Source: an uncultured Acidimicrobiaceae bacterium (GTDB lineage: Bacteria > Actinomycetota > Acidimicrobiia > Acidimicrobiales > CAYSAC01). From it: 64,000 nucleotides of DNA. Shown here piece by piece: positions 44,697-52,655 of this stretch; the first letter of the stretch is position 1, and every line of letters starts with the position of its first letter. Location: NCBI GenBank assembly GCA_964428815.1, contig CAYSAC010000002.1, forward strand, positions 5,062-69,061, read 5' to 3'. The notes under the pieces are model-generated. The model made no database searches and was not told the origin of the DNA. It worked only from the letters and a program-made list of their open reading frames with translations. The position numbers and the translations under genes are program-made.

Positions 44697-45859
44697 GGGA
44701 GCTCCTCGCTCGCGTGCGACCCGCGCTGCGCCCGCTCGTCCCCCTCGTGCTCCTGCGCACGGTGCTATCGCGGCGGCGGTCGGCGACGGCGAGGGTCGCG
44801 GCAGGTGCGGGCCTCGTCGGGCTGTGGACCGCCGTCTACAGCCGCTACAGAGCGGCCGGGCGCAAGCAGACGGCGGACGAGTACGAGCGGTTGCGCACCG
44901 CGAGCTGGGAGGCCTTCACTCGCCACTACAACGAGCGGGTCCCGACGATCACCGAGGAGTTCGAGCTCTGGGGCAGCTTCCACCAGCACCGACACGAGAT
45001 GCGCTACGACCTCGTGGCCGATGCCGTGCGCGCCCACACCCCCGCCGGCGGGCGCATACTCGACATCGGGTGCGGCTCGGCGCTCGTGGCCGAGCGCCTC
45101 CACGACCTTGACGCCACCTACCTCGGCCTCGACTTCCCCTCCCATCACATCGGGTTCGCAGCAGCGTCCTTCAAGTCCGACGACGGCGATCTCCGGGCCT
45201 GGTGGGTGCAGGGCGACGGCGAGGTGCTGCCGTTCGTCGACGCCTCCTTCGATGTGGTCGTCATGACCGAGGTCATCGAGCACCTGCTGCAGCCGGAGAG
45301 GGCGGTGTGGGAGGTCAGCCGGGTGCTGAAGCCCGGGGGCGTCTACGTGATGACGACCAACAACGCGTCAGAGATGCCGCTCCGCAACCCGCTCAGCCAC
45401 CTCTTCGCATGGGTGGAGAAGGCGCTGGGTGCCACCCGCCCCGACCTGATCTCGCTCCGGCCGTGGGTGTGGCCGGAGCCGGTGCACGAGTCGCTGCTGC
45501 CACCCGACTCGCCGCCGGTCTACCTGCCGCACACCCACCACATCTACGGCGAGACGCGCGAGATGTTCGCGGTCGCGGGCCTCGAGACCTTCGAGTGGTC
45601 GACCTTCGAGTTCCCGCCACCGCAGGCGACGACGACCGCGCGACTCGAGGCGAGGGGTGAACGCGGCAAGCGGCTCGTCGACGCGATCGAGACGGTCGCC
45701 CGCCGGACCCCGGGTGTGCGCCGCCTCGGGTGCCACCTCTTCATGCTTGCCCGCCGGACCGGCGCGATCGTCCCGTCCGTGCCACCCCCGGGCGTCTGGG
45801 CCGGACCCTTCTCGAACGGGTCCGACCGACCGTTGGCCGACACAGGAGCACATCGATGA
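44693..45859 (+). CDS. Class I SAM-dependent methyltransferase with an N-terminal hydrophobic segment
   Basis: Track ORF 44015..45859 trimmed to the GTG at 44693, which overlaps the upstream TGA. ILDIGCGSALVAERL, YLGLDFPSH, VVMTEVIEHLLQPERAVWEVSRVLKPGGVYVMTT. Confidence 0.8.
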   Translation: MRELLARVRPALRPLVPLVLLRTVLSRRRSATARVAAGAGLVGLWTAVYSRYRAAGRKQTADEYERLRTASWEAFTRHYNERVPTITEEFELWGSFHQHRHEMRYDLVADAVRAHTPAGGRILDIGCGSALVAERLHDLDATYLGLDFPSHHIGFAAASFKSDDGDLRAWWVQGDGEVLPFVDASFDVVVMTEVIEHLLQPERAVWEVSRVLKPGGVYVMTTNNASEMPLRNPLSHLFAWVEKALGATRPDLISLRPWVWPEPVHESLLPPDSPPVYLPHTHHIYGETREMFAVAGLETFEWSTFEFPPPQATTTARLEARGERGKRLVDAIETVARRTPGVRRLGCHLFMLARRTGAIVPSVPPPGVWAGPFSNGSDRPLADTGAHR

Positions 45860-46677
45860 CGGCCACCGATGCCGAGCTGCGAGCGGAGATCGCGACGACG
45901 CTCTGGTACCACACGCTCGAGCTCGCGCCCGGGGTCACTACGCCTGGCTGGTTCGACCTGCGCCCGGTCGTCGACAAGCTGCCGTGGCCCGACGTGCGTG
46001 GGAGGCGATGCCTCGACGTAGGCACCTACGACGGGTTTCTCGCGTTCGAGATGGAGCGGCGCGGCGCAGCCGAGGTCGTCGCCGTCGACCTTGACGACCA
46101 CAGCGAGTGGGACTGGCCGGCGCGATGGCGTTCGACCGGGCCGACCGAGCTGGCCAAGCTCGCTGGCCCGGAGAAGGGGCTCGGGTTTCGCATCGCGGCG
46201 AAGGCGCTCGGATCCGATGTCCGGCGCGTCGGCGTCAGCGTGTACCGGCTCGCGGAGGCCGACCTCGGCCGCTTCGACGTGGTCGTCTGCGGGTCGCTGC
46301 TGCTCCACCTCCGCGACCCCATCCGAGCGCTCGAGGCGATCCGCTCTGTGTGCGCGGGTGAGCTCTTGTCGTCGGAGTCGATCGATCTGCGGCTCACGCT
46401 GCAGCACCCGAAGATGCCCTACGCGCGGCTGGACGGGACCAGCCAGCTGTGCCAGTGGTGGTCCCCCAACGCCGCGGCCCACATCCGGATGCTCGAGTCG
46501 GCCGGCTTCGACGTGATCAGAGCAGGGAAGCCGTACGCCGACCCGTTCGGCGTTGGTCATTCCCACCCGGGTTCTGATCCGCGATCAAGGGCCGTGTCGT
46601 TCGTGAGGAAGGCCCGGCTCGGCAACGACGGCGTCCCGCACGTGGCCGTGCTCGCCAAGCCAGCGATCGAGGAATGA
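45856..46677 (+). CDS. Class I SAM methyltransferase, WYHTLELA-type (paralogue 3 of 3)
   Basis: The ATG at 45856 overlaps the upstream TGA (ATGA), with AGGAG 7 nt upstream. LWYHTLELAPGVTTPGWFDLR, RCLDVGTYDGFLAFEMERRGAAEVVAVDLDD. Confidence 0.8.
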   Translation: MTATDAELRAEIATTLWYHTLELAPGVTTPGWFDLRPVVDKLPWPDVRGRRCLDVGTYDGFLAFEMERRGAAEVVAVDLDDHSEWDWPARWRSTGPTELAKLAGPEKGLGFRIAAKALGSDVRRVGVSVYRLAEADLGRFDVVVCGSLLLHLRDPIRALEAIRSVCAGELLSSESIDLRLTLQHPKMPYARLDGTSQLCQWWSPNAAAHIRMLESAGFDVIRAGKPYADPFGVGHSHPGSDPRSRAVSFVRKARLGNDGVPHVAVLAKPAIEE

Positions 46678-47339
46678 GCCTGAGGGTCATCGGCGCCGGC
46701 GTCGGCCGTACCGGCACGACGTCGCTGAAGCTCGCGCTCGAGCACCTGCTCGGTGGCGCCTGCTACCACATGTACGAGGTGTTCCAGCACCCCGACCACA
46801 TCCCGAGGTGGCATGCCATCGTGCGCGGTGGTCAACCCGATTGGAACGCCTTCTACGACGGCTACGTGGCGACCGTCGACTGGCCAGGCGCAGCCTTCTG
46901 GCGACCGCTGCACGAGGCGTACCCCGACGCGCTCGTGCTGCTCTCGGTGCGGGATGACCCAGCGTCATGGTTTCGAAGCGTCGACGCGACGATCAACGAG
47001 CTCATGATGAGGCGGCCGCAGCGGAACGCCCGGGCCTGGCACGCCATGGCCACGGAGCTGCTGGCCACGACGTTCACAGCGGTCCCGTTCGACGAGCGGT
47101 CAGCGACGGCGGCGTACGAGCGCCACAACGGGGAGGTGCGCGCGACCGTCTCAGCCGAGCGGTTGCTCGAGTGGCGCGTCAGCGATGGATGGCGGCCGCT
47201 CTGCGAGCGGCTCGGGTTGCCCGTCCCGGACGAGCCGTTCCCGCACTTGAACACTGTTGACGACTACCGGGACTTCCTCGAGCGCCTGCCGGCGAGCGAG
47301 TCGTTCTTGCAGCGGCTCCGCCGTCTGGTGAGGCGGTAG
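46674..47339 (+). CDS. Sulfotransferase (Sulfotransfer_4-like, P-loop type)
   Basis: VIGAGVGRTGTTSLKLAL, DWPGAAFWRPLHEAYPDALVLLSVRDDPASWFRS. The ATG overlaps the upstream TGA. Confidence 0.75.
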   Translation: MSLRVIGAGVGRTGTTSLKLALEHLLGGACYHMYEVFQHPDHIPRWHAIVRGGQPDWNAFYDGYVATVDWPGAAFWRPLHEAYPDALVLLSVRDDPASWFRSVDATINELMMRRPQRNARAWHAMATELLATTFTAVPFDERSATAAYERHNGEVRATVSAERLLEWRVSDGWRPLCERLGLPVPDEPFPHLNTVDDYRDFLERLPASESFLQRLRRLVRR

Positions 47340-47345
47340 GTCGAG

Positions 47346-48614
47346 TCAGGCCTGCGCGGCTGCGATCCGCTCCGCGAGCACGTCCCGCACTGCCCGCCGG
47401 TGCGGGGGCGGCGCAGCTCCTGTCGCGGCGGCGGCGTGCCACCGCTCCAGCACAGCCAGCCAGCGGTCGAGCGTCAGCTCGGCCGCCGTCTCGAGACCCC
47501 CGGCGACGAGCCGTGATCGCAGTGCCGCATCACCAGCGAGCCGTTCGAGCGCGGCCGCGAGCGCCTCGGCATCCTCAGGTGGGCTCAGGATGCAGTTCGC
47601 GCCGTCGATGAGGAACTCAGCGGACCCGCCCGTCCCCGTCGCGATGACCGGGGTGGCGCAGGCCATCGCCTCGATCGGCACGAGCCCGAACGGTTCGGCC
47701 CACCGGGGCATGAAGAGGAGCGCATCCGCAGCGCCGTACATGGCTCGGAGCTCGTGGCGCTCCGCGACGGCGAACCGGACCCGGTCCGCGACCCCAACGT
47801 CGCGTGCCAGCGCGCGCAGCTCGTCGAGGTAGGTGTCATCACCGCGGCCGATCACGTCGAGCGTGGCGGCGTCGGGCAACAGCGCCAACGCCCTGATCGC
47901 GGTGTCGATGCCCTTGCGGTCGTCGATCCGTCCGACGTGCAGCAGGCGCCACGACCATGACCGGCGCGCCGGCTCCGCACCGATTGGGAAGTCGTCGGTG
48001 TTGATGCCGCAGTAGCTGACGGTGGCGTCGGTGAAGGTCCAGCCATACCGCTCAGCGGCCCGCTTGGTCGTCTCGGTGATGAAGCAGAACGTGCCGAGCC
48101 GGCCGAGGTCCGGCACGCGGCAGCGCACGCCGAGCAACCGTTCACCCATCCTCGCGATTGGGCCGGCACGTCGCCACCACCACGCCCACCGATCCATCCG
48201 GGGCGCGTAGACGAGCCAGTCGTCGTTGATGACGTGCACGAGCGGAAGACCCGCGCTGCGACACTCCGCGAGGAGGCCGAGTGACACCGCGCCCATGTGC
48301 CACGCGGACACGACGTCGGGGCGGTGGTCCTCGATCGCATCGGCGAGCGCACGCTCGTTGGCGCGCTCGATCGCGAGGCTCTCGCGCGGCGAGGGGCGGA
48401 GCACGACATGCTCCCGCCAGTACAGGCGAAGCTCACGTCGCGTCTCGGAGCGGTCCTCCGGCGCCGCGGTCACGCCCGGCACCTCGATGTCCGAGGTCAG
48501 CACCAGCACCTCGTGTCCGGCGGCGCGAAGGGCCGAGGCGAACTCCTGGCAATTGAGCTCATAGCCGCCGTAGTGGTGCGGCGGGTACATGTTCGTGATG
48601 ACCAGGACGCGCAT
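47346..48614 (-). CDS. GT4-family glycosyltransferase
   Basis: Track ORF trimmed to the ATG at 48614 (MRVLVITNMYPPHHYGGYEL), 2 nt after the upstream TAG. WAEPFGLVPIEAMACATPVIATGTGGSAEFLIDG. Confidence 0.85.
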   Translation of the reverse strand: MRVLVITNMYPPHHYGGYELNCQEFASALRAAGHEVLVLTSDIEVPGVTAAPEDRSETRRELRLYWREHVVLRPSPRESLAIERANERALADAIEDHRPDVVSAWHMGAVSLGLLAECRSAGLPLVHVINDDWLVYAPRMDRWAWWWRRAGPIARMGERLLGVRCRVPDLGRLGTFCFITETTKRAAERYGWTFTDATVSYCGINTDDFPIGAEPARRSWSWRLLHVGRIDDRKGIDTAIRALALLPDAATLDVIGRGDDTYLDELRALARDVGVADRVRFAVAERHELRAMYGAADALLFMPRWAEPFGLVPIEAMACATPVIATGTGGSAEFLIDGANCILSPPEDAEALAAALERLAGDAALRSRLVAGGLETAAELTLDRWLAVLERWHAAAATGAAPPPHRRAVRDVLAERIAAAQA

Positions 48615-48616
48615 GG

Positions 48617-49489
48617 CTAGCGGATCGTCAGCCAGAAGCCGGTCCCGTTCGTCGGGACCGCAGCCCAGGTGAACCGGTCCCACAACGGAGCCAGGATCCG
48701 GTGCAGCTCGGGCTCGGTCGAGATCCAGAAGTTGGGCAGCGTTATCTCGAGCCGTTCGCCCGCGAGCAACCAGGCCGCGAGCAGGTACTGCTCGGAGTAC
48801 CACCGGTCATTGAGCTGCGGGGGGTAGTCCCATGGCAGGAAGATGTCGTCGATGTACACGAGGAGCCCGCTCGGCAAGCGCGGGAGGATCTCGGTGAAGA
48901 AGACCGTCACGTCGCTGTTCGTGAGCACGCGGTGCGACCCGTCGAGCATGAGGATGTCGCCCGGCCCGAGCGCGTCGAACAGCGCGCCGTCCGCATCCTC
49001 CATCGGCTGACGGATGTGGACGTCGCTGAGCCCGTCGAGCGCGGCGCGCGGCGTCGGATCGATGGACACGATCCGCGTGGGCAGGCGGTGGCGCTCGATG
49101 GCGTGGCGAGCGAAGCGCGTCGAGTGGCCGGCGCCGACCTCGAGGTAGGTCGCCGGCCGCCGTTCGACGAGCGCGCCGTAGAGCGACGCGGCGTCGAGCC
49201 CTTGGAAGTAGCTGTTCACCCAGCGAGGGGCCTGACCCTCCGCGTCGAACGCGATCTCTGCGAGCTCGTCGACCAGCTCGAGGAGCGAGCTCAGCGTCTT
49301 CTCGTACCTGGACCGTCCTGCCTCGATGAGCAGCGCCAGCTCCGGGTGCGGAGGTCGCCCGTAGCCCCACCTTGCCTCGGGCCGTACCGGGTAGTCGAGC
49401 GTGATCGTCTGCGCCGTGGTCTGGTCCGACTGGTCTGACCGAGCGGCACGACGGAGCTCGCTCGCGATGGCACGAAGACGCGAGAGCAC
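48617..49489 (-). CDS. Class I SAM methyltransferase-like protein (Methyltransf_24-like)
   Basis: Only the last 290 codons of the 674-aa track ORF are kept. The rest is Arg-rich and antisense to a good GT2 gene. YLEVGAGHSTRFARHAI, IVSIDPTP, ILMLDGSHRVLTNSDV. The GTG start at 49489 is the first start candidate I could identify from the translation; the codons of upstream Val/Leu residues were not checked and the start is uncertain. Confidence 0.65.
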   Translation of the reverse strand: MLSRLRAIASELRRAARSDQSDQTTAQTITLDYPVRPEARWGYGRPPHPELALLIEAGRSRYEKTLSSLLELVDELAEIAFDAEGQAPRWVNSYFQGLDAASLYGALVERRPATYLEVGAGHSTRFARHAIERHRLPTRIVSIDPTPRAALDGLSDVHIRQPMEDADGALFDALGPGDILMLDGSHRVLTNSDVTVFFTEILPRLPSGLLVYIDDIFLPWDYPPQLNDRWYSEQYLLAAWLLAGERLEITLPNFWISTEPELHRILAPLWDRFTWAAVPTNGTGFWLTIR

Positions 49490-49663
49490 GCAACGATCAT
49501 CGCGCCCAGCGCCTGCCGTCGCGCCACGTCGCGCCGCGACGGCCGCTCGTGCTGCTCGAACCCGACTGCAGCGCGGCTGCGGTCGGCGCGCGGCGCCGGC
49601 TTGTGGAGCGCCAGATCTGTCGTGGTGATCTCCACGGCCCCGACCGATTGGCGTTCTTGGGCC

Positions 49664-50620
49664 ATGCCTCCTGCGGGAGTTGGTACATTGGCCGCTCTGG
49701 GACGGCCACAGCTCTCCGTAGTGGTCGCGACGCGGGACCGCCCGGTGCTGCTCGAGGGATGTCTCGCTTCGCTGCGCGCTGCACTCGGACCCGCGGACGA
49801 ATTGATCGTCGTCGACTCGGCGTCTCGCGAGGCAGCGGCCATGCGCCAGGTCATCGCGGCGCATGGTGCGCGCTATGTGCGCTGCGACGAACCAGGAGCG
49901 AGCCGCGCCCGCAACACCGGCTGGCGCGCCGCCTCGAACGACATCGTGGCCTTCATCGACGACGACGCCCGTGTGCTCCCAGGGTGGGCGGACGCGGCGC
50001 GCGCTGCCCTCGCGGATGCGAACGAGGTGAGCTTCATAACGGGTCGCATCGGCCACCCGGACCCCGTCGAGCGTGCCGAACGTCCGGTCGCCATCTTCGA
50101 TCACACGACGACGTTTCCCATCGTGAACGAGACGGTGGAGCCGTTCGGCCATGGCGCGAACCACGCCGTGCGGCGCAGCGCGCTCGACCACGTCGGCGGA
50201 TTCGACGAGCGGCTCGGAGCAGGAGGCGAGTTCCCGGCCGCAGAGGACCTCGACCTCTGGGACCGTCTGGTGCTCGCGGGGTACGTCGGCCGCTACGTGC
50301 CCGAGATGGCGGGCTGGCACGAGCAGTGGCGCGACCGACGCGACAACCTCGGCCTCGATTGGGCGTACGGCTATGGCGGCGGTGTCCGCTTGGCCAAGCT
50401 CTTGCGTTCGGATCGCGGTCGAGCGGCGCGCTCGGCGCGAGTGATATTCGGAAGCTGGGGTGTCGTGTTGACCATCGCGCAGCTCCGCCAGCGACACCGT
50501 TACCTCGCGATGCTCAACGTCATCCGGATGTGCGGCGCGGTCGCGGGCGTCGCACGCGGCATCCTTGTGCCGATCAGAGGTGGGCATCTCGCGCCGCGGC
50601 GAGGTCGTCCTGCCCGATGA
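49664..50620 (+). CDS. GT2-family glycosyltransferase
   Basis: LSVVVATRDRPVLLEGCLASL, LIVVDSASRE, VAFIDDDARV. ATG at 49664 (MPPAGVG). The track model starts at 49601. Confidence 0.75.
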   Translation: MPPAGVGTLAALGRPQLSVVVATRDRPVLLEGCLASLRAALGPADELIVVDSASREAAAMRQVIAAHGARYVRCDEPGASRARNTGWRAASNDIVAFIDDDARVLPGWADAARAALADANEVSFITGRIGHPDPVERAERPVAIFDHTTTFPIVNETVEPFGHGANHAVRRSALDHVGGFDERLGAGGEFPAAEDLDLWDRLVLAGYVGRYVPEMAGWHEQWRDRRDNLGLDWAYGYGGGVRLAKLLRSDRGRAARSARVIFGSWGVVLTIAQLRQRHRYLAMLNVIRMCGAVAGVARGILVPIRGGHLAPRRGRPAR

Positions 50621-50732
50621 GCCGAGCTCGCCGTCGCGCACCGGGCGGTCAAGGTGACATGCGTCCTCCGGTTGTGCCAGGATCCGCGATCTGGGGTTTC
50701 AGGGTTCGTCACCTTTCTGCCGATGTGAGCGG

Positions 50733-52505
50733 ATGAGCTTGGTACGCGCGCGTCATCGACGGACCCGACGCCTGATCTTGGGCGCCCTCGTCGGAGCGCT
50801 CACCGTCGTCACAGTGGTTCCGGCCGACGCGGGGCTCCTGCCGCCGATCCTCGGCGGTGGCCAGCCCGCCCCGGCGGCCGGGCCGCTCCCGTTGGCCGGG
50901 TTCTGGGCCGCTGCCGCCCCCGGCGACGAGGCCATCGAGATGGGCTGGCAGTACGCGGCCGGCGGCCCGCGGGCGGAAGCGGTGCGGATCCTGCTCTTCG
51001 AAGTCCGCGAAGACGGCACGCAGGTCGAGGTCAACTCGGCGCTGGTCCGGCGCGGTCTGCTCCCGGACACGTACCGCGTCGCGGTGGAAGCAGGTCGGTG
51101 GCGGGTCAGTGCCGCCCCGGAGAGCGCTTCGGCCGGAGGCGCGCGATCGTTCAGTCCGATCATCACCGTCGCGAGCAGGTGCTCCGGTGCCGCCATCTGC
51201 GCGGAGGTCGGCACGCAGCTGGCGCCGAAGGTATCCCTCGTCGGGCAGGGGCTCCTGCTCGGTCTCGTCGACGACCAGGGCCGAGTCCCCTCTCCGTCGC
51301 TCGTCGCGCCGCTCCGGGTGAAGCAGTGGCGCTTCGCCTTCCGCGACGCCGATGCAGTGGCGCGCACCTACCAGGTGTCCCGCACGCAGGTCCTCTCGGA
51401 GCTGTGGACCGACGCGACTGCCCCGTCGAACGGGGGTTACGCCCGCACGCCGTGGTCCGACTGGAACCGGTTCGGGAGCTTCGTCGTCTCGGTGGTCAGC
51501 AAGGCCAAGGCCGAAGGCTGGTCACCGGACTACTGGGACATCTGGAACGAGCCGAACGGCACGTGCTGCCCCAAGTTCTCGCCTCGAGACCAGCGGACGA
51601 TGACGGTGGACCGCTGGCTGTGGACCTACGACGCCGCGTACCGCGCCATCAAGTCGGTCGATCCGAACGCGAAGATCATCGGACCGAGTACGAGCGTGCT
51701 GCGCTGGGTCCCGGACGCGAGCCTCCCCGAGTTCGACCTGGACACCTTCCTACGGTTCTCTGCCGGTCGCGGCCTGGTGTGGGACGCGATCTCGTGGCAC
51801 GAGATCGGCGGCTTCGAGCTCGAGTCCGACGTCACCAACACGATCCTGAACATCGATCGGCACGTGGCACTGGCGAAGGCGCTGATGGCGAAGTATCCCG
51901 GCACGGTCGTCGGGAACCGCGTCTTCATCAACGAGTACACCCACGCCCGGACACACCTGCTCGCCGGCTGGGCCGTCGGCTGGTTCCGAGCCTTCGAGGA
52001 CAGCGGGGTGGCCCAAGCGAACCGGGCCTGCTTCAGCTCCTACGAGTGCGAGAGCACGGTCCTCAACGGGCTGCTCACGGCAGCGAACGAGCCCACGGCG
52101 GCGTGGTGGGTGCACCGCCTGTACGCCGACCTCGCTGACGCACCCCGGGTCCCGGTGACGTCGAGCTCCTCGTGGCAGCTCGACGGCCTGGCATCGCGCG
52201 ACGACGCGTCCCGCACGGTGCGGGCGCTCCTCGGTCGGCACTGGTCATGCAACCCGGGCGCGAACGCGTGGTGCAAGGAGTACCTCGGTATCAGGCCGGC
52301 CTCCGTGCAGGTGTCGATTGCGTGGCCGTACGGCAACCAGCCGGTGACGGTGACCACCAGCCTTCTTCCGGCGGGAACGGCGGCGCTGACCGCTCCCTAC
52401 TCATCGACGCAGACGCTCTATCCCGCCGCCGGCAAGATAGTCGTCGCTGTCCCCTCACTGAGTGACGGCTCGGCCATCTCGCTCGTGGCCCGCCCGGCCG
52501 GCTGA
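50733..52505 (+). CDS. Secreted clan-GH-A-like glycoside hydrolase (GH39/GH5-like), possible Tat signal
   Basis: N-terminal HRRTRRLILGALVGALTVVTVVPADAG. Candidate acid/base DIWNEPNG (Glu codon 51549-51551) and candidate nucleophile VFINEYTH (Glu codon 51933-51935). Confidence 0.65.
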   Translation: MSLVRARHRRTRRLILGALVGALTVVTVVPADAGLLPPILGGGQPAPAAGPLPLAGFWAAAAPGDEAIEMGWQYAAGGPRAEAVRILLFEVREDGTQVEVNSALVRRGLLPDTYRVAVEAGRWRVSAAPESASAGGARSFSPIITVASRCSGAAICAEVGTQLAPKVSLVGQGLLLGLVDDQGRVPSPSLVAPLRVKQWRFAFRDADAVARTYQVSRTQVLSELWTDATAPSNGGYARTPWSDWNRFGSFVVSVVSKAKAEGWSPDYWDIWNEPNGTCCPKFSPRDQRTMTVDRWLWTYDAAYRAIKSVDPNAKIIGPSTSVLRWVPDASLPEFDLDTFLRFSAGRGLVWDAISWHEIGGFELESDVTNTILNIDRHVALAKALMAKYPGTVVGNRVFINEYTHARTHLLAGWAVGWFRAFEDSGVAQANRACFSSYECESTVLNGLLTAANEPTAAWWVHRLYADLADAPRVPVTSSSSWQLDGLASRDDASRTVRALLGRHWSCNPGANAWCKEYLGIRPASVQVSIAWPYGNQPVTVTTSLLPAGTAALTAPYSSTQTLYPAAGKIVVAVPSLSDGSAISLVARPAG

Positions 52506-52655
52506 GCGAGCGGCTTGCCTGCTTAGGTCCCAGCGGGGTGCGTCCGCGCCGACCGAAGCCCCGCGGGCGGCTCCGCTACCCTCGCTCGGAGTGGACGGGT
52601 CGCAGCACGACGACGCCCTCGCCGACTTCACAAGCGACGAGGGCTAGGCAGCGGA

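Noticed and set aside
49490-50641. N-terminal ~384 codons of the 674-aa minus-strand ORF 48617..50641
   Set aside because: Arg-rich and without motifs. It is antisense to a GT2 gene with VVVATRDRP/DDD motifs. Only the C-terminal 290 codons look like a real (methyltransferase-like) protein.
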